Assembly: GCF_036588685.1 (NCBI RefSeq)
Contig: NC_086382.1
Coordinates: 71,858,001-71,922,000 of the forward strand
DNA length: 64,000 nucleotides
From: Mytilus trossulus
Taxonomy: Eukaryota
Direction of reading: 5' to 3'
Shown piece by piece: positions 11,971-25,045 of this stretch (its first letter is position 1; each line of letters opens with the position of its first letter). The notes under the pieces are model-generated. The model was given only the letters and a program-made list of their open reading frames with translations. It was not told the origin of the DNA and searched no databases. The position numbers and the translations under genes are program-made.

Positions 11971-13388
11971 CTGCAATATATAGACCTACTAGTTACATGT
12001 ATATCTTAAATATGATAAGAAATATAACCAAAATATGAATGATGTGTGCTTCGGATACCATTGCCACCATTGCAATGGAAGCGTGGCAGGACACAAAAAA
12101 GAGGAGGAACATTACTGGTATCATAACGGTAACTTAATACCGGCGTCTTGGTGATTATTGAACAAAATGTATAATTGCACGCTGAATGCCTTACTATCCT
12201 CTATATAAATATATATTTATATACTTATACATTTGTATATAATAAGGCGAGGAATATATTTCACAAAACCAGTTTACATAATAAAAGGAGACCGAACAAG
12301 CGACTGTATGTCAATAAATATCCGCATTTTGACTATTCACAAGGAGGACCTAGGAAGCAGATGTATGTTGGAAGCCATTATATCAAAGTAAAAAATATCA
12401 TACTCATATTTATACCTCATCTTGACAAGCCTTTGAAAATTAATCAGATGACTATGCTCTGGATAGTGATGTCACAATGGTTTCGCAAACTTGTCTAAAT
12501 TTACATGTTTAACCCGCCACATTTTATATTTGTCTCTCTCAAGTCTAAACTTAATGTAATGCATTGGTTTTTACATGTGATTTGTTTTAATTTGCCACGT
12601 TGGAACCTTTCACAGGTTGTTATACAAAATGTGGTTTTATGATTGGTATAGCTGTATGGTTAACCAGCTAGAAGCCCTTATGTCATTTTTGTCTTTGGTA
12701 GAACATTGTCTAATTGGCAATCATACATTGCGAATAAGATAATAGTTTATCAAAACCACTCGTTAGAGTTGAGATTTGGTTAATATCTTAATATTAATGA
12801 TAATTTTACATCGTAAGGATATGTTGATAGTTACTACACTTTGAATTTAATGAAATTTAAATCCGACCGAATGAGAAAACTTTTAGAAATATAGAAATAC
12901 CGAGATTAGACTGTGTGATGTCGTTTGAAATTCTGGTCCATAGGTTGCATTATCATTACTTATTTCAGTTTTTGAAGTTAGAGCGGCTCTGACCTTTATT
13001 AAAAGACATATGTTTGTGTTGTTGCAACTGCCTTATGGACTTCATTGAATCTCTTTTTATAAATATGTAACTAAATGATTTTTTAACAAACAAGTTATAA
13101 TTTCAAAGCGAAATAGCTCAATGCAAATTCGAAAAATCGCACAAAAACTTAATTTCTTGGCTATGATATAGTAAGATCTATAATTGGTGAAAATGGATTG
13201 AGTTGTGGATGTGCCATGTTTGCGGAAACATATTACACAATGTACGTATATACCACCCCTCTCCCAAAATAAACAGGTCCACTGTGTTTCGTTGTCAACC
13301 CTTCATCGTTGGTAAGCAGCAGCTCTGCTTTAATGTTATTCAGACACAAACCCAAATGTGGCATTTATCATATAAACTTATATAATTA

Positions 13389-13640
13389 TGAAAAAGTAAA
13401 ATCACAGAAATACTGAACTTAGAAGAAAATCAATTCGGAAAGTCCATAATCACATGGCAGAATCAAATAACAAAACGCATCAAAAACGAATGGACAAGAA
13501 CTGTCATATTCCTGACTTGGTACAGGAATTTTCAAATGTAGAAAATGGTGGATTAAACCTGGTTCTATAGCGCTAACCCTCTCACTTTAATGACAGTCTC
13601 ATCAAATTCCGTTATATATACATTGATTCGTTAAATAAAC
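13389..13640 (-). repeat. Repeat family C with twister-like motif (13500-13597), in the C1q-A intron
   Basis: ACUGUCAU/AUGACAGU P5, UAA-UCC-AC, CCUG-UACC-AA-GU-CAGG; absent from the paralogous segment near 10000-10020. Confidence 0.78.
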
Positions 13641-14103
13641 TGATATACTCTACGTACATGTGTTTATTAAACTATTAAGGAAATTTTGAGGTATGAGATT
13701 ACTTGACAACGTTTATTTCTGAGCATAAATCAAAGTTCAAAGGAAGCGCATTTTCGCCCTCAAAAATATTTGTAAAAGTTTTGACTCGTATTTGCGTCAA
13801 GGTTCAAGCCATGATTGATGTTACATGACCTTTTATTAAATTTTACAAAAAAATTAACAAATAGATACAGGCTGATGGAAGATTGATACAATTTTGAGTA
13901 TATCCATATGTAGCTACTTTATCCTACTAGTGTGCTTTACGGTAAATTGGCTTTGAATATTCGTTTTTTTAAACATCTACAAATTAATACATTATTACAT
14001 TATTTCATTATTTTACGACTTCATCAGTTTGTTTCAAGATAATCGAAGGAAGTACGATGTTTATCTAAAATGACACAATATATTACTCTAGTAATATTTT
14101 TAC

Positions 14104-14302
14104 CTTTAACTATTTGTCGTAATTCGGCTGCTTCTTTCTCAATTACAGACATCCTTTCAACCTCCATTTCAAGTTTGGCTATTTTCTTTTCATAAGTTTC
14201 CATTCGGTCCAAAAGATTTTCCAAATTAATATCATTTCTGATTGCAATAATACCATGGAAGGACAAGCACAGAATAATTCTATACCATGCCATTTTAAAC
14301 AT
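14104..14302 (-). CDS. C1q-domain-containing protein A, exon 1 (signal peptide + coiled coil)
   Basis: Hydrophobic N-terminus, heptad-like E/K/L/M stretch, donor AAG|GTAAAA at 14103; paralogous to 21730-21913. Confidence 0.88.
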
Positions 14303-15262
14303 CGAGAGATAAGAATATGTGTCAATGTTCTGTTCTTATCAAAATATAGTCCTACTTATTAATAATATGTAATAATTCAGATTTTCAAAAACACTATCTG
14401 CGTATTAACATTCATATGAGTTGACAGAAATAAATGAACAAACCCATTTTGATATTCTTATTATACCCAGAAGCATGTCAAAGAACAGAAGAACACAATA
14501 TGTTCAACAGTGTTGGCTTTCCAACAGAAATTGTATAATACTTTTTTAAATAATTTGCATGTGTTTGGTTTAAATTTTCAAATTTTCCCCTTACATCTTG
14601 CAAAGAAAAGCATTGTACAGGATTAATCTCGGATCATATTTTCATAGTTCTGTAAAGATATGTTGAGGTGGGTCGAGACGACGAACATTTTAACATTTTT
14701 CAAATTTTCAGTTTGAGTTGTTTAAATTGATTATCGTCAAACAAAGCGGCATAACTCAGGTATAAATTGATAAAAACTGTATGACTATGTGTGACTACTT
14801 GTTTGTAAGAAAAAGAAAAAAATAAGTATATATTAAAGGCCTCATGATAACCTGCATTGGTTGTCTTTCTTTAAGGCAATTTGTGTGTCTTTGTTTCATT
14901 AGTGATTAAGATTATACTACAATGTTGCCATAGGTAACCCATTTGTTTACGAAGTTTTCCTTTCAAATCTGTTTGTTTTGCTTACAGATTAATTGTTGCG
15001 TTTTTAATGGTATTGAATGCGACTGTCATAGACGTGAGAGGCATAGCTAGCTATAAAACCAGATTGAATCCAATATTTTCGACATAAAGAAATGCATGTA
15101 CCAAGTCAGAAATAATACAGTTAACATGTTCTATTTGAAAAAGAGATTTCTATTTTTTTTAATTTTTTTTTGTGGTTTCAAATTTGTGTACCAATGTGAA
15201 TAAAAAATGTCAACAACTTCATTAGATGATGGAAATGCACTAACATGATTTTATCAAATTTT

Positions 15263-15562
15263 GGATAATCTCCCCACTCCATGAAAGGAATTATTCTCCT
15301 TGAATAAAAAATAAAGTACCAAAGGGTAAATATACCCACATACACATATAAAACTCACGTTAGATTATCCCCACGATAAGATGATTATTTGAAAAAACAA
15401 AAGCTTTAAAATATTGTTGACAATTAATAGGGGAAACTTCCCAACAATCCCATCATATTCAAGTTCGATGTCGTTGACTATCAATTGAGGAAATTTCCCC
15501 ATAATCTTGAAAATAGATAGTATGGATAGTATTGACATAAGATAGTATTGAGAAGATTCCCC
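15263..15562 (-). promoter_or_regulatory. Cluster of NF-kB/Rel-like motifs upstream of C1q-A
   Basis: GGGGAAACTTCCC at 15430, GGAAATTTCCCC at 15489, GAAGATTCCCC at 15552, weaker matches at 15263 and 15362. Confidence 0.4.
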
Positions 15563-15683
15563 ATCATCTCATTAAGTTCAAATTGACCGGTAACAACATA
15601 ATTGTATGTACTAAAAACTGTCGTCACAAGTCGTTAATATTTAGACAGTCTTCGGACAGTTAAAAGAAACAAATATTGATATA

Positions 15684-16450
15684 CTAGTCAACAAAAGAAA
15701 CGATACACGACTTTGAAATAAAATTTATCCAAAACTATTAGATATAAAACAAAATAAGATACACTATTTTAAAAAGCTTTCATTTGCAATGTATGCACAT
15801 GTGATAATGAAAATCAAAACTTGTCGGAAAGTATCTAAATTCTATATAAACGAACATAGGGTGCAAATTAGTTTTGCGGAAAGTTGAATAAAAAATCGAC
15901 ACACATTTTTCTAAGTACTGCATACAATTTCAAATTTGTTTGAAAATATTCAATATGCTAATCAAGTTATGTTCTTGTTGTCAATAATTGGTTGAAGTAT
16001 TGTTTTTTTTTTCAAATTTTTGGGAAAAAAATTGTTTTTAAAATTTCAAAAAATGCAAAACAATTTTTTTTATTTTCGTCTCAAATCAATGCTTTACATA
16101 TTAAAACAACACACAGTAAATTTGGAGCCTTCGGATAAGTTTTAAGTTTGTTACCGCTTTTTAATTATCACTTTACACATACTGTCTATGGTAAATTAGT
16201 TAATAACGTATACATTTTAACGATTTCTCGTGGGGACGAACTTTGCTGAACAAATAAACGAAGAAACTGTATAATTTTTAAAAACAGATTGATGGCAAAT
16301 ATTGTCTTTTCCTTCAAATTAGAGACGGATATAAACGGATTTATATTTACATAATGATTAAGTATTACTACCTTCAATATTGGTCCTATAAACGGAAAAC
16401 TTTATCTTTAATTAAAAAAAAAGTCTTGTATCGTTTCTTTTGTTGACTAG
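15684..16450. mobile_element. Non-autonomous Tc1/mariner-type TIR element (MITE)
   Basis: ~31-bp TIRs CTAGTCAACAAAAGAAACGATAC... at both ends, flanked by TA on each side. Confidence 0.85.
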
Positions 16451-16509
16451 TATATATTGCCTATTAATAATAATATCACATCCTTATAACTAATCAAAGT
16501 TAAGGCTAG

Positions 16510-16908
16510 AATTTTAGCTGGTATCTATGATGAGTTTATTTACAACCAGTGGGTCGATGCCACTGCTGGTGGAGATTTATATCCCCGAGGGTATCACAAG
16601 CCCAGTAGTCAGCACTTTTTAAGCTGACATGAATTATCCTTGATTTTGTTATATTTAAAAATTAACTGTTTACAAAATTTTGAATTTTTCGAAATACTAA
16701 GGCTTTTCTACCTCAGGCGTAGAATACCTTAGCTGTATTTGACAACACTTTTAGGAATTTTGGATGTCAATGCTCTTCAACTTCGTACTTTATTTGGCTT
16801 TTTTTTAAAACCTTTTTTTGATTCGAGCGTCACTGATGAGTCTTTTGTAGAAGAAACACGCGTCTGGCGTATATATAAAATGTATTCCTGCTATCTTTGA
16901 TGAGTGTT
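16510..16908 (+). mobile_element. Hammerhead-bearing retrozyme/pLTR-like repeat (family H), ~370-nt unit with terminal redundancy
   Basis: ctg(g/c)tatct(a/t)tgatgagt repeated at 16518 and 16888; hammerhead at 16827-16870 with a damaged stem II closing pair and a broken stem III palindrome. Confidence 0.8.
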
Positions 16909-17877
16909 TTTTTGCTGTTTTCAGTATAAAGAAAGCAGAACGTTTTGAATACAGAGATTGTCTGTGGAAAACATATAGCTTTCAATCATGAGGAGTTTAC
17001 TTAAACAACCCTTTAAAAACGGAAAAGACTACAAAAGAACCGGCTGCTGTGAATATGGTACCCACAGTGTATTAGAAATTTAATTGCAGAAGTTAATCTT
17101 GTAAAAGTAAAATATACCTTGCGATATGCTCATGATAAGATAGATGAAAATAATTATAAATCAAAATTCGTAGAAAGAGTTCTAATTTACGCACTGACTT
17201 TTCTACAGTTATGCTCCTTTGAAACTTGAAAAAGTTTCAAAATTTGTCCTCGTACTCTCAATTACCATTAATGACATTAATCCACAATGCTAAGAACCAC
17301 AACTCACTGACACAGTTCGAATTTTGGCATTGCGTTACTAACAGTTCTCGAGATTTTTTTTATAACATATCGCCTTTTATATAAAAAAAAATCTAAGTGG
17401 TTCGTATCTGCACTGTTACTTAATTTTTCCTTTTCCTCATTTCGTTTGACCCAAACACAATGCCAAGTACCAAAACCTGCAGACAAAGTTAGAATTTGGG
17501 TTGCGATTCATTTACCGTTTAATAGTTGTGCTCCTTTTTAACTTGGAAAATAGCAACGCTTGAGATTGGATTTTGGTGTCCTTAGAGAAACTCTTCCATT
17601 ACTTGTGTCCATGCAGTTGTTTGTCTTTTGGTGGTATTTTTTGTTTTTGTCCTGTCATTGTCATTTTATTTCCGACTGATGAGCGTTACATTCCCTTGGG
17701 TAATGTTGCCTCTATTTTGTAACTGTTGTTCTTTTCACCAAAGCAAAAATGCTGTAAAGGTTTATTTTTTGTAAATTCCGATACTATTATGGCATCGAGA
17801 CAGCTTATTAGCAACGGTGCTAAAAATTGTTACTGTTAATTACTATTGATTGTCAAAAATAAAATAACAAAAATACT

Positions 17878-18055
17878 GTTATATTTGTTATTCTCGTGGT
17901 GTTTTGTCTGATGCTTGGTCCGTTTCGGTGTTGTGTCGTTGTTCTCCTCTTATATTTAATGCGTTTCCCTCGGTTTTAGTTTGTTACTCCGATTTTGTTT
18001 TTTGTCCATGGATTTATGAGTTTTGAACAGCGGTATACTACTGTTGCCTTTCTTT
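17878..18055 (+). repeat. 3' end of repeat family D (ends ...tatactactgttgccttt)
   Basis: Matches 18505-19010, 22871-23260 and 36803-37045 (-) and 32690-33020 (+). Confidence 0.75.
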
Positions 18056-18504
18056 ATCTAATCAAATTGCAAAATCAAAAGCTCATACACATAAAACGAA
18101 TTGCTAACTCCTGACTTGGAAATTTTTAATGTATACTTTTTTGGATGAAACCTAGATTTATAGCTAGCTAAATCTCACACTTGTATAACATTTGCATAAA
18201 ACATTTCATTATATTGAAAACAACTTTTGAACCAAACAAGCAGTTATAAAAAGTAAAAGTTTGAAAAAAACAACAGTGTGTTAAAATCTCAAACACCAGG
18301 GTTTTCGATATCACAAACTAGTCAAAACATTTACTAAATTTTATCATCGGTATAAGGAATAATTATTAAACATAACTCAACATGCAAACATCTTATACGT
18401 TCAGGTATTTCACATCCAATCTTTTATGGTAATAATCTTTACAAAACACAAACATGTCAGTATTTACCCCAAAAGCTTACAAAACCTTTAAACAGACTTA
18501 TTAC

Positions 18505-19010
18505 ATAAAGGCAACAGTAGTATACCGCTGTTCAAACTCATAAATCTATGGACAAAAAAAATAAAATCGGGGTAACAAACTAAAACCGAGGGAAAGGCAT
18601 AAAATATAAGAGAACAACGGCACAACAATAAAATGTAACACACACAGAAACGGACAAAGAATCAGACAAAATCCCACGAGAATAACAAATATAACATCAA
18701 AACAAAAATACTTAATTTGGGATAGACAAGTACCGTGACATGTCTTATCGCAATATTAATTTACACTAAAAAATAAGAGAAAACAAACGACGCAACGTTA
18801 AAATGTAACACGCACAGAAACGAACAATAATATAATAATAGCCATATTCCTGACTTGGTACAGGACATTTTTAAAGAACAAAATGGTGGGCTGAACCTGG
18901 TTTTGTGGCATGCCAAACCACGCACTTTAATGGCAATGTTAAATATAACATTGAAATGACAACATAATATCACAGGACTACAATACAAATAAATAGGAGA
19001 ACGTATTAAG
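18505..19010 (-). repeat. Repeat family D with decayed twister-like motif (18841-18935)
   Basis: GCCAU/AUGGC P5, GGU..UACC T1, CCUG/CAGG P4; two core substitutions. Confidence 0.75.
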
Positions 19011-19079
19011 AAGGGATATAGTTACGATACTGTTGTCGGGTCATTAAAGATTGCATATTTTGGCTTTGGTATTGATTCA

Positions 19080-19735
19080 CTTATAGGGTCTTTGCATCGG
19101 AAGTAAACACATTTATTTAAAAAACAGTGGTTGGCATGACACGGGTTATTTTCTTTTCATATATTGTATGATTGTATGATACTAAACCCCTAACGAGAGG
19201 GATTTTGCCTGATATTCATATGATGAAGAAATAATCTATCCATTAGTTTAATTGAGGTCTGGAGCTGGTATGTCAGTTAACTGCTAGTATAGTCTGTTGT
19301 TATTATGTATTATTGTCATTTTATTTATTTTCTTTTGTTACATCTTCTGATATCGGACTCGAATTTCTCTTGAACCGAATTTTAATGTGCGTATTGATAT
19401 GCGTTTACTTTTCTACTTTGGGTAGAGGTATATGGGAGGGTTGAGATCTCATAAACATGTTTAACCCGGCCATAATTTTGCGCCTGTCCCAAGTCAAGAG
19501 CCTCTGGCCTTTTTGAGTCTTATATTTTATTTGCTTGTGTATAATTCGGAGTTAAGTATGACGTCCATTATCACTATACTAGTATACATATTTTTAAGGG
19601 GCCAGCTGAAGGACGCCTAAGGTTACGGGGGTTTCTCGCTACATTCAATACCCATTGGTGGCCGACGGCTGTTGTCTGCTCTATGGTCGGGTTGTTATCG
19701 TTATGTCACATTCCCCATTTCCTTTCTCAATTTTA
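19080..19735 (+). repeat. Repeat family A, long copy with twister-like motif (19420-19509)
   Basis: Homologous to 10206-10845 and 57480-58105; GAGGG..UUUAACCC..CCUGUCCCAAGUC. Confidence 0.8.
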
Positions 19736-20147
19736 ACATATCGAAAGAGAAAAAGGCATATTATATAGACAAAGCAAATCAGCATGAATAATTTTTAAAT
19801 TGTTCGTATATCTACAAGATGCCTATGACAACATGTTCACTGTATATATATATATTGTACGCGTGATGAACACGATCAGATTATCCGGTAGTTACTTAGG
19901 TGGAATACGTGTGTATTTCAAAACTTTTTTTTTTCTGGTGGGGCTTGAAACTATATTATTTGAATATTAAATTCACACGTTTAGGAAATAAAAACCAGCA
20001 GCCATCTCCAGCAAAATAACCACAGAAAAACAACTAAACAGAAGCGCCAAAATCTTTATTTGATTAACATTTAGACAGCCATCACTTGTTATTCCGTTGC
20101 ATTTTTTCTAGCACATTGTAAAGCAATAAGTGTGTTTTTTTCCCAAA

Positions 20148-20611
20148 TCAAAACAACAACCATCCTGAGAATGTTGTCCTGGAATAGTGATCGCTCCTTA
20201 TAGTACCTTCATGGTAAGCATCCTGTGATCTGGTATAAACTACATCCCTTAGCTTTATGGTATGTACGACAAACCCAGTAGAACAATGCTCTTCATTAGT
20301 AGTTTCTGAATCAACATAAATACTTCCATGGACTTTATTATTGATCACTAATTCCACTCCGATCTCACTATTTTTAGCTCCGCTGGCACATACTGTCCAT
20401 GTAAATGCATATGTCCCGGGAACTGATGGTCGAAATATTCCGGTAGAGTTTTCATAACCATTTCCGACGTTGCATTCAACATGGTCATAAATGAACGTAT
20501 GTCTTACGCCAAATGGCGGAGCTTCAAAGGATGCCGATATATATGCAGAAAAAGCCACACCCGTCTTATCCGGAATTGACTCAAGAAGGAGTCTTTGGTT
20601 CCTACTTTTAC
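20148..20611 (-). CDS. C1q-domain-containing protein B, exon 2 (globular C1q domain)
   Basis: Closely similar to C1q-A exon 2; acceptor tattgcAG at 20613-20612; spliced product 215 aa. Confidence 0.92.
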
Positions 20612-21339
20612 CTGCAATACAGATGAGAACAAAATCGTCTTTAAAAATAAAATGAATAAACTTTTAAAAGAAAGTAACTAATACGTATTAAAGATATCTT
20701 GTATATTTAATAAGATATTTATGAAATCACACAAAAATAAATCTCATAGCCGGGTAATTATGTCATAGGATACCAGCCGAGAACCTTTATTTCTGTGGTT
20801 TTTCTTGTGTTGATGTATGCACGTATGTTATTTATTTATTATTGGTTGTTTTGGTAATGACGATTTAACATCAAAATAAAAAAAAGGAGGGGATGTTATG
20901 TTTTTTCCCCTTAAAAATATTCAAATCCCCAATTTGATGTAAAAATATATTGTACTCAAGGTCAATCAGATGATAATAAATTTCCTGAATTCGGATTTTA
21001 TCCCCTATAGTGTTAAATTTTGAAGAAAAAATCATTTGATTGATACCGTCGAAAAACTCAGACAATAACCCCTCGCAAATAAATGGTTGCTCCCTTGTGT
21101 AATAAATCAAGATGTTGGTTTTCTCGTTTTAATTGTTCTACGTTTTGTAATGCTGGAACCTCTTTCTTTTTGGTACTACCGGTAATCGTGCTTATTGTTG
21201 AAGACCTTACATTGTTATATGGATACTCATATCTACGTCATTTGAATTTGATGGATAAATGTATACAAACAAGTCCATATAACTGTGATTGTCAACAATT
21301 TTCAAACTCTTTAATCCTTTGTTTCGGCAATAATTAGCG

Positions 21340-21510
21340 AAGCGGAACTGAATTTAAACTTGATATGTAGCTTATCATGGTTAAATAGTATACACAAAAT
21401 TAGCTCAACACCTGTAGGCGTTTCGAAAAAATTCCGTATAATGGTTTGTTACGGAACGACGGACAACAGTGAAAATATATGGCACCGACAACTTTGCTGC
21501 GAGGCCATAA
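21340..21510 (+). mobile_element. Possible Helentron/HINE-like relic
   Basis: acgg/gacg micro-repeat followed by a short terminal hairpin-like segment; degraded. Confidence 0.3.
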
Positions 21511-21729
21511 CACAGGTGTGATGTTTGGCATTGAAGTGTTATCCCTTTTGAATAGACACGGCTGCAAATAAATTATAGTTTACAAAACAAGGGAATGGAT
21601 AACGGCTGATGATTCAATTATAGAGTTATGTATTACTTAATCATTGAGACGGTTACTTTAAACAATCATATGTACGATCGAAGCCAACTTTACGGCTTAT
21701 TTGAGATGATGTAGTGTTATAAGTTTTAC

Positions 21730-21913
21730 CTTGAAATACTTGTTCAATGTTACGTTTCCATTGTCGTAATTCAGCTACCTCATTCTCAATCACAGACCTC
21801 TTTTGTATCTCCGTGTCAAGTTTCTTTTCATAAATCTCCATTCTTTTCAAAATTTCATCGTTTTCATTTGCAAAAATTCCACAAAAGAACAAGCACAAAA
21901 TAAATCTAGCCAT
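21730..21913 (-). CDS. C1q-domain-containing protein B, exon 1 (signal peptide + coiled coil)
   Basis: MARFILCLFFCGIFA leader; RME.YEKK and SVIE.E.AELRQ shared with A; donor CAAG|GTAAAA at 21729, phase 1. Confidence 0.88.
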
Positions 21914-21926
21914 AGCTATTTATCAC

Positions 21927-22113
21927 CTCGGGGAGATAAGAATGTGTGTCATGATTCTGTCTTATCATCTTTAAATCCAGATTACAGTAAGGGCAATAGC
22001 CCTAGCCCTGACTGCAAATCTTTAACAAAACGGAAATAACAATAGCTCTGACTGTAAATCTGGATTTAAAGATGATGTGACAGAATCATAACACACATTC
22101 CTATCTCCCCGAG
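21927..22113. repeat. Inverted duplication (~70-bp arms) immediately upstream of the C1q-B start codon
   Basis: 21927-21997 is the reverse complement of 22042-22113 with few mismatches. Confidence 0.85.
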
Positions 22114-22870
22114 AATATGCAGCATATCAACACCCTTCTTACGTAAAAGAAAGCTTTGCACAAAACAAACATAAATAACCCTTAAGTAAATGGTATTTCT
22201 AACAGTTATGTCTCTTGCTTTTTATAAAAAGCAGTATTTAAAATATCCGATCTGTGAAATTCCTCGAATTGTTTTAAAGAGCACAACACAAATAACATGA
22301 TAGAGTTATTTCTCTTCTGTTAATGTTATATGATTTTGTTTTAATATACATTCGATTAGAATATTCTGGTATCGTTCTTTAAATGGCAAAATTACTAAGA
22401 TGTGTCATAATATTATTGATGCATCAACACCGTTGAGTTTTATTGATGAACCACATACCAGAAATTTAATAAACATTAATACTTTACACCTTATTTTCAA
22501 AGTTGATATTGTGTATAGAATTGTCGATAAATTATTTACGTGAAATCATTCAGTTTGGCTTAAAAAACTACTGATATTTCTTAAAATAATTAAACTTGTG
22601 GGTTCTGTCAGATGGTCTCGTTTTGTTTGGATGACATCAATTCGTTAACTTATGTGTTGTCTTCGTTTTAATATATAATGTTAATATACTTTGTTTAATT
22701 TATATGCGCATTACACTTGTGAAATTATCGGTTTTTTTCTTTCACTGGGAAAACAATGTAATTCATTGCAACCAATGTAATAAGTCTTGTTACCAACTGC
22801 TTCCGGTTATAATCGCATGCTTTTCTGTAACATTATCGCTCAAGACATTTCGTTGTTTTTTGGGGTGGTA

Positions 22871-23260
22871 AATAAAGGCAACAGTAGCATACCCTGTTCA
22901 AAACTCATAAATCCATGGACAAAAACAAAATCGGGGTAACAAATTAAAATTGAGGGAAACGCATTTAACACAAGAGAAGAACAACGACACAACATTAAAA
23001 TGTAACACACACACAGAAACGAACTAAGCATTAGACAAATTCCTACGAGAATAACACATATGACATCAAAACCAAATACATGAATTTGGGATAGATAAAT
23101 ACCGTGACAAGTCTTATAGTAATGTGAATTCACACTTACAAATAAGATAAGAAAAAACAAACGACACAACGGAAACACAACGTTAAAATGTAACACACGC
23201 AGAAACTAACTATAATAAACCAATGGTCATATTCCTGACTTGGTACAGTACATTTTAAGA
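22871..23260 (-). repeat. Repeat family D, 5'-truncated within the twister-like motif
   Basis: Homology to 18505-18870; retains GUACCAAGUCAGG. Confidence 0.75.
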
Positions 23261-23394
23261 TGAATAAAAAAAAAAAAATTATAAGGAATCTGAAATATAT
23301 ATTGTAAAAAAATACCAAACAATATTGCATCAAATATTTGTCTACATGGCTTCTGCTGAAGTATATGATAAAAAGAACATACCATGTCATTGTT

Positions 23395-23487
23395 CATATC
23401 AGACCCCTTATCAGCCCATAGTCAAAATCATTCCTCAAGCATGTCGGCTGATATCCCAACCTAGGGCTGACAAGGGGCATGATATGA
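23395..23487. repeat. Imperfect hairpin element (Crypton/MITE-like)
   Basis: atatcagaccccttatcagccc ... gggctgacaaggggcatgatat. Confidence 0.5.
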
Positions 23488-24877
23488 AAATGCTATATTA
23501 TTACCTATATATAAATCTTCCATAGCCCACTAATCGCGATACTGATATCTCACAAAGCGTATTACCGTCACATATTCATTATCATGTTTTAAGTACGAGG
23601 TAGCCTTATGTCTTTTTCTGAATGTAATTTTGTCATCTTTCTTTTCTTAAGGTGCAGATTTTTATTGTTATAGGAACATGCATTATTTATGATGACTTTT
23701 TTCACCTTTGGTTTTAGACTTTTATATACTTATGGCTAGAAATACTGTGTGGACATCTTATTTCGGGTTACGTTTCTTAATCAGTTTGGTGCAAAACCCA
23801 CATAAATGTATGACTTTATTTCTATAGTTGAAGTTTATTATTTGAATGTCATGTAACATACTGTCTGTTGTACCAATTATATATGATATGCGTATATACA
23901 CCCTAGGGACCTAATTTAGAAAATAAAACTTATCTTATCAGATCTTGTCTTTTATTGCTAAATTTAATCATGTTTTAATCTATATATAAATAAATAAATG
24001 TATGTTTGGATTTTAATTTTTTCCCTTCTTGTAATCTTCAACATATTGAAGTTAAGAAGTATTATGTTGATGTTGATGCAGTGATGTGTATCCATTTTTC
24101 TTTTTATTCATACAGAGATCATGATCAATATATGTTTATTATACATTTGAAATTTTATTTTGGAAACTCCAACGCTCGAATGAAGAGTTTTAGTGACGTC
24201 ATTAGACTTAAACCTAACCTTCTCGAATTGAATTAAATCAGTAAAGTTTTTTTTAAATGAATACATTTTCTATATTCATTCAAGTATTTAGTACGCTGAA
24301 ACGCATCCATAACCAATAGTTGTTTTAACAACATTAAATATTTATTATGATGGCATTAATGTGTATCTGAACAAAAGCCTTGCTATCGATGTTCTTCATT
24401 GAAATTTCGTAAATTTTAATGCAATGGTGACATCCTTTAATTTATTGCTTGACAACGAAGAATATTCAATTTCATTTTAGTCCAATAATTAATTTTATGA
24501 GTGACTCCATTGATACCAGTGCTTTGTGCACCGAGCATGTAAATTTGTCTATACCAATAATTATATTCCTCGCAGCTTTATTTATCAGGCATGCTACGGT
24601 GTTTGAATTTAAATAAAACTGATGAATTTTTAATGACATTCCATTTACAAGTTGTAATAAGCTTTACAAACTCAATTTAGTTATTGAAATGTGATTAAGA
24701 AATTATTAATAATGCCATGACTTCGGGACTGGGTAAATAACATGCACATTTGTGTTTTTAAGCTGAAGGATTTTTGTCCAATAATGGGGTTTTTTTTTGG
24801 GGGGGGGGGGGAGAAAAAGAGTATTAAAACACTTTGTAATAGAATATATTATACGAACAAATTATGATATTTCATTA

Positions 24878-25045
24878 AACGAGGGACGAAAGATACCAGA
24901 GGGAGAGTCAAACTCATAAATCGAAAATAAACTGACAATGCCATAGCTTAAAAATAAAAAGACAAACACACAAACAAACAAAAGTACACATGACACAACA
25001 TAGAAAACTAAAGAATAAGCAACACGATCCCTCCAAAAAACTAGA
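24878..25045 (-). repeat. 3' end of PLE family P
   Basis: gagggacgaaagataccagaggga... matches 7509-7670. Confidence 0.75.

Noticed and set aside
17675-17700. CTGATGAG resembling a hammerhead core
   Set aside because: Mutated form of the family P tract gatttatgag; no stem II or GAAA follows
22840-23390. Hydrophobic ORFs (also at 2609, 18761, 29747, 32672, 43134 and 58853)
   Set aside because: Translations of T-rich repeat UTRs, not membrane proteins
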